Source: Patellaria atrata CBS 101060 (taxonomy: Eukaryota). From it: 64,000 nucleotides of DNA. Location of the stretch: assembly GCA_010093705.1 (NCBI GenBank), contig MU006090.1, forward strand, positions 2,162,022 through 2,226,021, read 5' to 3'. Below, in pieces: positions 39,737 to 50,205 of the stretch. The notes below the pieces were generated by a model. That model did no database searches and was not told the origin of the DNA. It worked only from the letters and a program-made list of their open reading frames with translations. The translations under genes and the position numbers were made by a program. How positions within the stretch are numbered: position 1 is the stretch's first letter; every line of letters starts with the position of its first letter.

Positions 39737-39812
39737 TTAAATACCCTCTCCTCCTCTTGTCCTCCTCTCTTTTCTTTTTCCTTTCTTCTTTGTATCTTTC
39801 TTGCTTCGCTTT
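39737..39812 (+). promoter_or_regulatory. TATA-like element plus CT-rich box (core promoter-like)
   Basis: TTAAATA at about 39737 followed by about 65 nt of pyrimidines, directly upstream of a GTGAGT donor at 39825. Confidence 0.45.
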
Positions 39813-42480
39813 TATTCGACCGCAGTGAGTGCCCTTTTCTTCGGGGTTGTACACTTGTGGTTGCGATACCCTTGCAGGCATCCCAACCTATCAGGATGGC
39901 ACGCTGATCAAAAAGAGTGGTGTCATCTGCATGACCCTTTGGGGAAGTGTATCCATTACGACGGACTGGTACAATTTTTGATTTCACATTCTCTGTGGGT
40001 GGCGCAGCCCAACGGTTTCAATCTGTAAAAAGCGACCATTCCGAGTCCCTGTGTACGGCCATCCGTAAGTTTTGCTTAACTGTTCTCTCTCCGGCTTATT
40101 CCTCTGCATCTTCGCTGATCACATTGAAGGACCAAGTTCGACGCATTTTCGCCCTGATATTCTACGCTGTTATCGATCAGTAATTCCGGCATCCACCACA
40201 ACACTATCCACCAGAACGACATCATCCACCAACGACATCATCCACCAACGACATCATCCACCAACGACATCATCCACCAACGACATCATCCACCAACGAC
40301 ATCATCCACNNNNNNNNNNNNNNNNNNNNNNNNNNNNNNNNNNNNNNNNNNNNNNNNNNNNNNNNNNNNNNNNNNNNNNNNNNNNNNNNNNNNNNNNNNN
40401 NNNNNNNNNGACATCATCCACCAACGACATCATCCACCAACGACATCATCCACCAACGACATCATCCACCAACGACATCATCCACCAACGACATCATCCA
40501 CCAAAGCATTATCCACCATAACATTATCCACCCACCTTTGATAGCACACACGATGACCCTCTAAGCTTGCATCAACCAATGACTATTCCACTATCTCAAC
40601 AAAGCCTGCTAGTCAGGGGTGGATTCATCCATTGAGAGGCCTTTTGTCTCCTAACACTGGTTAAAAGCTTATCTTCATCTTCTTGCGCTAACATTTGTGT
40701 AGATATTATACTCACTGACTCCTACACAGCTGTTCTCTATTTGGTATTCTTCCTAGTTCGCGAGAGCTCATTTTCTGTTGGATTTGCTGATAATTGAATA
40801 GAGACTTCGCTCTACTAACTCTTCTACTAACTGTTTCAACCTACTACTCTTGGGAATACCCGCAAGCTTCCAACCAGAATGGTACTGTACAACTAGTTTT
40901 TGTCTGATGGTGCTGATCTTGATACAGGTATTTCCAACTGTCTACTGCTTACTCTTACATTGTTATTTCTCTTTGGAAAAACTATGCAGCTCTTAACGCT
41001 TTTCTTGCAACTGATTTTCACCTGATTCCGCTTACATTGTACTATACAGATTTCGATTTTCTATTGGTTTTGGGTGAGAGTTGTAGTATGAGGAAGAGGA
41101 GGAACTCCAGCGAAGCTCAGCACCTGAACGCGGTGCTGGAGTCTAGTAGCCTTCTGAGGGTGAAGCTAAGATTGAGCTATTGGATTGAGGAGCCCATCTT
41201 CATACTTCCGACATCCCCATGCCACTGTCACGAACACTTTCTTCTATCTGCCGTCTCAACCAAGCATGGCAGGTTTCTATTATCTTCCTTTCTGTACAGA
41301 TTGGTCGAAATCTGGAAGTATTGTTATGCACTGTACTTTGAACATGTTGCTTCTCTTTTTCTTTTCCAAGAGTGAGTATTGTATTTCTTTCCACCTTTAG
41401 CGACGGTACAACCCATTGTGGGTTTGTTGATATGCTAATATGTGTACAGCACGGCAGACCTCTCGATACGCTTTAAGACACTTTCAGCATGTAGGTATTA
41501 TCCTTAACCAATGGGTTGCTCTCCATTCCGCTAGATAGGGCCTATTATGGTTTCCCCTGCTGATATGTGTACAGATCATTATTACACCACCATCACTATG
41601 GCTTCGACTGACATCTGGAGATTTTGACACAGGAGGTACTACTCTGACTCTCGCCCCTTTTCATTCCGCTAATTACTGATGCTGACATAATTCTTGCGGA
41701 CTACAGATTCATGATTAATACTTCCTTCGACGACGCTAAAGCCTCAAGTAGTACTGCGGTCTTGGTAGCCAGCCTTGCGTACAATTCTTGCCTGTGCACT
41801 TGAGTCATTGTTTAGAGCGGAGCCTTTCTGTACAGCTACTTCAGAGTTCTTTCGCGTACCAAGGCTCAGGCCTTCGCTTCCCTTCGCTTCCACAGATGGA
41901 GTCAAGTTTCCAATAATGGGTAGAGTGGATCAACCCATGTAAATTACGTTTTGATAGCAATTCAATGTATTATTCCACGGTTTACTCGACAAACTTTGCA
42001 ATCCGTGCCGATTCTTGCTTGAAACCTTGTACTGGTCCAGCACAGGGGTGCTTCGTCGCTGGCCTTGGCGCTAGAATAAAACTCCTCTCCCTCTCCCAAC
42101 TTCCTCTTTGATTTTCTTTGGGATGCCTGCAAGCTCCTACTCCCACCCACAAGTGTACAACCCATTGTGGTTGTTTTATTATGCTAACATGTGTACAGTA
42201 CAAGCTACAGATCACATCGGCCCTTTTGGAACTTTTCGAGATTGTAAGTATTATCCTTAACCAATGGGTTGGTCGCCACTTCCCGGTTATTGTACCCCCT
42301 TCCCTTTTCCTTTGTTTTGCTTGAGAGTATGACAGTGTACGAGGAAGAGGAGGAACTCCAGCGAAGCTCAACACCTCAACGTCGGTGCTGGAGTCTAGTA
42401 ACTTTCTTCTCGAAAGTGAAGCTAAGATTGAGCTATTGAGTTTTGTCGTTGTTTATGTCGCTAGTGTACTTTTAGATAGG
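39745..42480 (+). ncRNA. Putative multi-intron long non-coding transcript
   Basis: At least 10 plus-strand donor/branch/acceptor sets with short exons, e.g. 39825-39915, 40065-40129, 40744-40801, 40882-40927, 41372-41449, 41491-41574, 41636-41706. No convincing ORF or protein similarity. Confidence 0.45.
40216..40503. repeat. 16-bp minisatellite (ACGACATCATCCACCA)n, spanning a 100-N gap
   Basis: Perfect tandem copies on both sides of N run 40310-40409; degenerate copies at 40190-40215 and 40504-40533. Confidence 0.95.
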
Positions 42481-43338
42481 TAATATGAATTTGTTACTAC
42501 CAGTTACCTGCTTAGTACTCATACTATGAATTGATCATGTGAGTTGCGATTACTGATTATGATTCCGCCCGTAAAATGCTGTGTGTGAGTTCTACGTGAT
42601 GCACGGCAAGTGCTGAGAATATCTACGAAAAATTGCGTGTGCAACTTAGGTGAATGGGATGGAGGCTGGGTATGGGATGCTGTTGGAGAATGGATGAGGT
42701 AGAGCCAAGGAATTCAAAGCTGCATAGGTCCTGTATGGCAGATGTACAATATCATATTCTCATATTGAAGCAGAGTAAAAGCGTTCAATACTGTGATCAC
42801 CTTCTACGTACAGCACGACGGCCACTTTGGAGACCTGTACCTTTCGACCAGGGAGACTAGGGGCGGGAAACAGCCTCACCGTACGGTGGCTGTACAGTTG
42901 ATACGCAGTACCACACTACAATGGCTGAATAGGACAGGGTAAGTTCTATATGTCGGCTATCTCCTCCGTACAATTTGTTGAATTCTCAACAGGGCCATAC
43001 AATTTTAATCGGAAGACTGGAGCGCGGAGACACCCTCCCTGTATGGGTACTGTAAATTTGAGAGATACAATGGTACTGCTACTACATATTGAGAAGGAGT
43101 GTGCGGGATACGACGAGCATAATTTTCGTATAGTCCACTGGCATACTCTAAGAGTGCGAGATCTTTCACTTTTCTGGGACCGAACTAGCATACCTGGCGT
43201 CACCAACGATGAGGATGAGCTCATAGCATAAGTATGGCCATTTCTGCGTACAACTAAGCATCATCACTAACATGGGTATCTACTTCATACAGAAATCATC
43301 GTATTCCATTACCGTGTCCCATTCCCCAACGGGCACAC

Positions 43339-45102
43339 CTAGACTCTCTCATCCGGCTTCACGGGTGTCTCAAAAGGATTCAATCCCTCCTCACCCGACG
43401 TCGAAGGAGTCAGTACGCCAAACCTACCATGTCCCTCCTCTTCCTTACCTTTAAGCTCCCAACTTCCAACCCTCTCCTTCGGTTTGCTCTCCTCGATGGT
43501 AATTCCGGCCCCTCCCTTGGGTAGAACGAGATCTTTATCGCTAGCGAGCTTTTGACTCCCCTTAAAGCCGCCGAGTTCGTGTTTCTTGCTCCTGCCGACG
43601 CGGTGGAACCTCACACCCCCGATCAGCATCGCCAACCCCACGAGCAGCGCGAGAACACCCAGTGTGACACCCGCGCCAATGACACCAGCCTCCTGAGGAC
43701 TCATACCACCACCTCCACTGTAGGAGGAAGAAGGAGAAGGGTCATCGTAGACGTACGACCCGTTGAATGCGGCGCACCACACGCTTTCCGAGTTGCAAGT
43801 GTTACACCATTCACCTGCGCTCCCGAGGGCAAAAGACAGCATCTCGGCTTCGAAAACGCGCCAGGGCATGTCCATCTCTGAGCGTCCACGGCCGAAGAGC
43901 GGGTATTGGCGTACCCGGGCCCCTTCGGCGGTGCCATTTTTGAAGTAGAAGCGTACCATTAAATCATCTTCGTTAGGGTAGGGGCTGTCTGAGTCTTCCT
44001 CATTAGAGCCTTCGGAGGGGGACATCACGAAGAGATCGAAGACGAGTGAGGAACCGAACTCAGGGATCCCGGTGAAGAGGTTACTGTGCTGGTCAAGCTT
44101 CGAGAGCGCGAAGAACGAGAGGAAGGGCTCGTGTTCGCCGAAGAGGAGAGAGAGCTTGTTGCTCGCGCCCTGGGTTTTAATGTTGGTGTAGAGTAGCCCG
44201 AGAATCTTAGCAGCGAGTGTTTTGCCAGCTACCGCCCGGATTTGGTCGCCAGAAATAGAGCCCGAGGCGGAGAGGTTGCCGTTGAGCGCCCATTGTTGCT
44301 GGTCAGCGAGGTAGCGGAGCTGGGAGTAGGCGCCGGGAAAGGAGATGTTTTGAGATAGGATATTGAACGTGGTGCTGTCGTGGGTATATTGGAAGGACAG
44401 ATAGTCCCAGATTGTGTAGGCGTTGGAATAGGACCATGCGGCTTCGGGGATAACGTCAGAGAGTGTGGCGATGCCGAGTCCTCTATACAGGTTCGCTGTT
44501 TCTTGCAGTGTTTCAAGGAAGTTGGGATGTGATAGATATTTCGAGCCAGACCGGGCATAGTTGCTACAGTTATTGTCACCTGCTACGAAGATCGAATGGG
44601 GATCAAGGTCTGTCACAGCACGGATCTGGGGGTATTGATATCCACCCAACGGACTCTCGATGTACGACGCATTAGAAAGGACGGAGTTGGGGTCAAGGAA
44701 AGGGGAGGTATTGTTGCTATCGACGGTATAGGGTGGGTATAAGCCTTGAAGGAATGCTTGTGCCGTCGCGATGAGATATTGGTCCTCTCTCGTCAAGACG
44801 TAGATCTGGTCTGGGTCTAAGCTGTAGGTGGAGATACCCCGTACAGGACTGATCGTTCGAAGGCCATCACCATTGTTGATGGCCTCGAGGTACCGATTTC
44901 TGAAATCCGAGCCGGCGCTGTAGGCCTGTTGAGCTCCAAGCGAAGTAAGAGTGCTAGGGCTGTTAATCAAAGGCGTGCGCTCGCCGGTGCGGGTAAAGAT
45001 GACAGATCCGAGTACGGTATATCTTGTATTTACATCCTCAGCCTGGCTATTGACGCTGGTGGGCCAAACGGCAGCAATGACAGCAACGAATAAGGCAAGC
45101 AT
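43339..45102 (-). CDS. Histidine acid phosphatase-fold membrane protein (signal peptide + C-terminal TM)
   Basis: MLALFVAVIAAVW signal peptide, RTGERTP and LTSLGAQQ motifs, TM VIGAGVTLGVLALLVGL, tail GGFKGSQKLASDKDL. Intronless. Confidence 0.85.
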   Translation of the reverse strand: MLALFVAVIAAVWPTSVNSQAEDVNTRYTVLGSVIFTRTGERTPLINSPSTLTSLGAQQAYSAGSDFRNRYLEAINNGDGLRTISPVRGISTYSLDPDQIYVLTREDQYLIATAQAFLQGLYPPYTVDSNNTSPFLDPNSVLSNASYIESPLGGYQYPQIRAVTDLDPHSIFVAGDNNCSNYARSGSKYLSHPNFLETLQETANLYRGLGIATLSDVIPEAAWSYSNAYTIWDYLSFQYTHDSTTFNILSQNISFPGAYSQLRYLADQQQWALNGNLSASGSISGDQIRAVAGKTLAAKILGLLYTNIKTQGASNKLSLLFGEHEPFLSFFALSKLDQHSNLFTGIPEFGSSLVFDLFVMSPSEGSNEEDSDSPYPNEDDLMVRFYFKNGTAEGARVRQYPLFGRGRSEMDMPWRVFEAEMLSFALGSAGEWCNTCNSESVWCAAFNGSYVYDDPSPSSSYSGGGGMSPQEAGVIGAGVTLGVLALLVGLAMLIGGVRFHRVGRSKKHELGGFKGSQKLASDKDLVLPKGGAGITIEESKPKERVGSWELKGKEEEGHGRFGVLTPSTSGEEGLNPFETPVKPDERV

Positions 45103-45163
45103 GATGGCAATACAGGTGGGAGCGAGGCAACAGCACAAACTGCGCTGGGATGAAAGTTAGGAA

Positions 45164-45210
45164 AGAGAGAGGAGAGGAGAGGAGAGGTGAGGTGAGGTGA
45201 GGTTAAGGTT
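45164..45210. repeat. Compound microsatellite (GGAGA)n(GGTGA)n; a CT-rich tract upstream of the phosphatase gene on minus
   Basis: Directly visible 5-bp periodicity. Confidence 0.8.
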
Positions 45211-46259
45211 TATGGAGGGCTATGCAGCTACTTATTAACTCACTAAGGTATTAAGGTATCTCAGTGCCTAGAATCGGTAATTGTTGGAGTTGTCCGGGAA
45301 GGGGAAGTTGAAGTCTTACCGTAATGGTGGGGGGAAGCTCTTATCTGGGGTTAAGAGGTGCTGTAAGGTCTCCGTCATGCAGCTATAGGAAGCTTCTTAT
45401 CGCTAAAGGTAGCTTAGGTTGTACTGTACCTTGACAAGTAACCTGGAACTACTCTATTAGTACGGATAGAGCTGTAGGATTCTTCGATTCCGTTAGAACT
45501 GGCTGACCGCGGGGCTGGGGGGCTGCATTATGACGGCACATCATTGCCTTTAGCAACCATTAACAAACGTGACCTTTCCAGTTCTGAGTTCTTCCATACT
45601 CAGGACACAGGGACATGGGCGGTACAAATTGGTACAGAGTACCTAGAGATTGTTTCCAGGTATTGTAGGGAGTACGGAGTAATAAGGCCTGATGGATGAG
45701 GTGGAACTAAAGGTGTTGGGGCGCGTGCCAAGGGGGCCAAGGGCAGCGGAGGCACGTGTCGTATTGCCAAGTGATCCGGCTGATAAGATTCTTTTCGCGA
45801 TATCGGATCGGAGAAAGAAATCCCGCAAGTCATGCTTCGTTCAGCTCAGACTACACGAATCAATCTATTTCTATGACACTCTGAAAATATCTTCCTCGTT
45901 AAAAGAAAAAATCTCCTATCACTTCAAAATTGTCATTAGGAATCGGACTATCTGTTAAGGGAGGATATGCATCAGTCACGTGACTTGGCGTTTTCTGATC
46001 TCCTCAGTTGCATCCCGTCTCATCAAGCCGAGAATAAAACAACAATAAGTTACCGTATGCCCACAAGACATATCTAACTTCTCCTATGAACATTCTCATG
46101 TTGATAGACCATATTTCTATCACTTTGTTGCTCTTGCTTACTTCTACCTAGAATACAACGTAACGTCGCTCTGTTACGCCCTACGTATGGCATTACTTTA
46201 GAAGGATGAAAATCATGAGCTTTTCATTTTAGTCATTCACCCTTCGAGACATCTCTTCC

Positions 46260-47252
46260 ATGAGCCACCCTGTAGTTTTACATCGCATATATAGCATAAT
46301 TCGCCGTAGTTTACTCTGTAGTTTCTGCATTTCTACACCGGTCACATTTTCTCGTACTGTGCACTCTGGGAATCTTTGTTTACTGCCATCATATAGATTC
46401 AGAATGTCCTCCGAGTCCGATCTTTCACCAGCCAACCCCACCCGTACAGATTTAGTCTTTCAACGCGATGGTTTTCTGTACGAATTGGAAACAACTATAT
46501 ATTCGATTCACAGCGTCGACAGTCTTCCGTCCGGCTCGGAAAATCTATTCAAATCCCTAGGCAACTCCACCCATGCACTCATAACAACAGCCACTATATT
46601 TCACCCCCAAGGTGGCGGACAACCATCCGACATAGGCGCAATGTCCGCCGCAGACGGTACCTCTTTCACGGTCCTTGATGTGCGCCTCAACCCCTCCACA
46701 CAGCAGGTCCTGCATCTCGGTGCTTTCTCGTCATCGAAAATCCCGGTCTCTTTCGCAAATGGCAGCACGATCAACCAGTCGATTGATAAGGATAAGAGGC
46801 TTCTATATTCGAGATTACATACTGCGGGTCATGTCCTGGGCGCCGCAGTACGCCATCTTCTCGAGAAAGACATCCCCGGCTTCGACGAGCTGAAAGCCTC
46901 TCACTTCCCCGATTCCGCTGCCTGTGAGTTCCAAGGGCTTATCGCCGGGGCACATAAAGAGGGCATACAATCTAAAGTCAATGCATACACAGAGAAAGCG
47001 ATGCCGGTGGAGATCGATTGGTGGAGTCTGGATGACTTCAGGGCGAATGGGCTCGAGAGGTTGATTCCAGAGAATCTACAAGATTTAGGATTGAAGGAGG
47101 GTGAGAAGTTGAGGGTAGTAAAGATTGTTGGCGCGGAGGTATATCCATGTGGCGGAACGCATGTGCCGACTACGAAAGATTGTGGCAAGACGACCGTGAA
47201 GGGTATTAAGAGAAGTAAGGGGACGAGTAGGGTGAGTTATATGGTAGAGTGA
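46260..47252 (+). CDS. Free-standing AlaX editing protein (Ser-tRNA(Ala) deacylase)
   Basis: TIFHPQGGGQPSD, RLHTAGH and YPCGGTHV (HxxxH/CxxxH Zn site). Alternative start at 46404. Confidence 0.9.
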   Translation: MSHPVVLHRIYSIIRRSLLCSFCISTPVTFSRTVHSGNLCLLPSYRFRMSSESDLSPANPTRTDLVFQRDGFLYELETTIYSIHSVDSLPSGSENLFKSLGNSTHALITTATIFHPQGGGQPSDIGAMSAADGTSFTVLDVRLNPSTQQVLHLGAFSSSKIPVSFANGSTINQSIDKDKRLLYSRLHTAGHVLGAAVRHLLEKDIPGFDELKASHFPDSAACEFQGLIAGAHKEGIQSKVNAYTEKAMPVEIDWWSLDDFRANGLERLIPENLQDLGLKEGEKLRVVKIVGAEVYPCGGTHVPTTKDCGKTTVKGIKRSKGTSRVSYMVE

Positions 47253-47675
47253 TGGTTGAATAGACATAGATGAGACTATTCGTATTTAGAGTATTATATA
47301 CCCTTTCCTATCGCGATCAAAATTTCCCCGTTGCCTGTACGCTTGTTAAATCGCTACTGGGAGCTTTTAAACCCCAAGTTTCAAAAGGTTTGCAGCGTCA
47401 GTACGCTACAGTCAAATTTCACATACGGTTGGAAGCTCACCGTACATATTCGGTACTTCTGTACGGTGGAGTTATGGACACCTAAAGAGTAGGTGTACAG
47501 CACTAGAATCAAATACAGATATTTGTTTTTACGACTAGAAATCCCTCGTATATTTCGTCATTTCCCCCACAGTAAAATTAAGGACATTTTATACGAAATA
47601 GTGTACAGTATGCGAGCGATACCCTTGAGTAAGGAAATGATAACTGTTTCTCAAATCCCATATAAGCACCCCAAT

Positions 47676-48245
47676 TCACACCCACCGTCTCGCAAAACAC
47701 TCCTCACACGTGCCCACGGGGCCCCTCCTTTCCCTTCCCACCAGTTTTGCCCTCTCTGTCCTCGTCAAAGTTTCCATAAATCTATTTATAGTAACCTCTT
47801 CTCCTACTGGGATATCGCGCAATGCACGCATCTCCATCACTTTTGACCCGCTATGGAACTTCCAACCAGCATCGGGACGACAGTGGTGCTGCAGGAGTGC
47901 AGCATTAGGGGACAAGAATAACAGATTGCTTCGAGGTGCCCGAATAGCGTGTGTGTAGAATTTGGCTATCAGGCCCCCGTCACTGTGAACGTTGAAGAGA
48001 GGAGGGGAGCGGGCGTGGGATAGGGTGATGGGGAGCCTTTTCAGTAGGAACCTTTGGGTGGGTGGAATAAGTCTGTATTGGTAGGAAAATTGTTTGTTTA
48101 TGTCGGGTAGGGTGAGGATATTGATGTGAGCGGGACAGGATAGGGAAGCTGGATCTCTAAGGAGGCGAGTTCCTAGAGGAATGGGGTCTCTGTGCTATAT
48201 ATGCGAGACCTCTTGGTTTTGTTGGAGGATTAGAGACCGACACAT
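47676..48245 (-). pseudogene. Degenerate SET-domain gene relic
   Basis: KPRGLAYIAQRP/IPLGTRLLRDP (frameshift at CCCC, about 48183-48186). LLQHHCRPDA resembles NHSCxPN, RALRDIPVGEEVTINR resembles GEELTISY, and there is a post-SET-like TCEEC. Upstream in-frame TAG. Confidence 0.6.
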
Positions 48246-48533
48246 GCTATTGCTCAAACCTTGATGGATATCGGGTAACGGAAGCTAATTGGTGAAATAT
48301 ATGCTTGATAGGGAGTGTTATATATGAGATAAATTGCAATGACTCTGGTGAAGTGGAAAAGATGCAGCACATTGGATATTAGTATGAAGTCCATATGTAA
48401 ATATAACTTGTACTTGTAAAATACTTCGGATATAGTTCTTTGTGTTTGGGCCTATCAGCTGTTTTCGGGTACTGAGATTTACGGTACAAAGAGAAAACAT
48501 AGACCCATTGCTTCGATTCTGCACAGTGTAACT

Positions 48534-50205
48534 TCAATCGACATGAGAATCAGTCTTATTTTGACGGCTTGTCACGATAATACAAGCTGCAGAAGATGCA
48601 TACAGCATCTTAGTTTGTCAGCACGGCAAGGATCGTACTAGAAGAGTGTACTTACGGCAGCAAGAAAGAATGGTGTCGCTAGCCATCGATCAGTGCGGTC
48701 CGCGACAGCGGCAAATATATTTTGCATCATAGTATCACCGACACCATGACCAATATTTTCAAGGACAGATATCCCTGCGTAAAACTCCGCCCGTGACGCT
48801 TCACTTATCCAGTATGAGGCCAAAGATAGGGATGTGACCCGACTTCCAAATCCAGAAGTATATATTAAGACAGCTTCGCAATGTTAGCACGCGATTGATA
48901 CCGTAGGGTAGCTATTGGATATTGCATCCTGGAAACTTACCAATCGGAATAAATTGCCATCCAGGGGATATACCAAGCGCAAAAGCTCCTGAAGAAAGGA
49001 GACATAAGAATATCTCGGCAGTAAGACGATCAAAAACTTTTGCAGGGATATTGTATCGTTTCTTGATCCATGGAACAGCGTTTGGCAAAATTAGAGAGAA
49101 AAGTAGGATGTTGACAATCGCTGCTTCGCTGAAGAATAACGCTGTTCGTGAGAACTTCCAGTCAAAGCGGATATAACAGTACTGCATAAGAATGTTGAGC
49201 ATAGTGTAACGGAGAGCACATACGAGAAAAGCGGGGATAATAGCTAAAAGACTAGAATTAGAAAGCACGTTTAGAAGACGCGTCTCTTTCTTGGATGATA
49301 TGGAATCTGTAACCGCTATGCCAACAGGGCTACCCATATCCATTGAGGTCGGAGGGTCCTCCACATGGCCTCTTCCAGACAGGTTTGAGACGGATTCTGA
49401 GAGTAGAGCATTGCTCTCTTCCATTAATTGACTCTGAATGTCTTGGCTTGGAATTCTTTTTGCGATAACATGTGAATCCGTAGGCATCAACGTGAGCACA
49501 AGCAGACATAGAAGTAGAGCAATAACTGCTGATGCGTAAGGAATCCATGGAGATATATCAGTTGTGAGAGACGCAATGAATGAAGAAATTAGTTCTCCAA
49601 CATAGAATGCAGAAAACACCAGATAGAAGACATTGCTCCTATTTTCCCCGGATCAGTTACTCGATACGATCCTGGTAGCTAGTGCAGTCTTACCTATGTT
49701 CCTCCACGACTGACTGCGAAGCAATAGCCCACATCAATGAAGTGGCTGGATATAAACCGCCACCAAAAAGGAGGCAAATTGATGATAACCATACATATCT
49801 GGTAGGAATATGGAACGGAAATGCGCAGACAACCGCAACAACAGTGAAGGATGCAATAACCCCAGAGATGCTTATGGTCATGGCTAGTTTACGCCCATAT
49901 CTATCCCCATATCTACCTATTATGATCCCAATGAGGAGTACTGGAAGTGTATCAAAAAATGATTTCCAGCCCTTGACCACTGCGAGCTCTTTTTGAATAG
50001 TAGAGATCTTGCACAAATCGTGCTCTATCCTTGTGCCATGAATGGCTGATGGATCATGTTTAAGGTAGTACTGTAGACATATGCTTCTTTCATAAAGAAC
50101 GAGTAATGGAGCTATCGGGATGTTTTCCACAACGCCTAGAAGAAAATGTAAGGCTACGCAACAATATGCGGTGGATGATAACATGTAGTGTCCATTTTCA
50201 GACAT
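48534..50205 (-). CDS. MFS transporter; exons 50205-49694, 49638-48941, 48873-48656, 48608-48534
   Basis: ERSICLQYY...CKISTIQKELA, GRYGDRYGRK (MFS motif A), multiple TM segments. Splice sites keep the frame. Confidence 0.85.

Noticed and set aside
40216..40503. Regular repeat resembling a CRISPR array, and the 40072-40521 ORF
   Set aside because: The units are contiguous with no spacers and the host is eukaryotic. The ORF is a by-product of a stop-free repeat plus an N gap.
41087..41159. Box C/D snoRNA (ATGAGGA...CTGA...CTGA) in the first 95-bp repeat
   Set aside because: The C box is imperfect, the boxes are absent from the second copy, and I recognised no rRNA complement. Kept only as a hairpin repeat.
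39500..42600. Telomerase RNA candidate (long ncRNA of suitable size)
   Set aside because: No TAACCCTAA-type template was found on either strand by eye.
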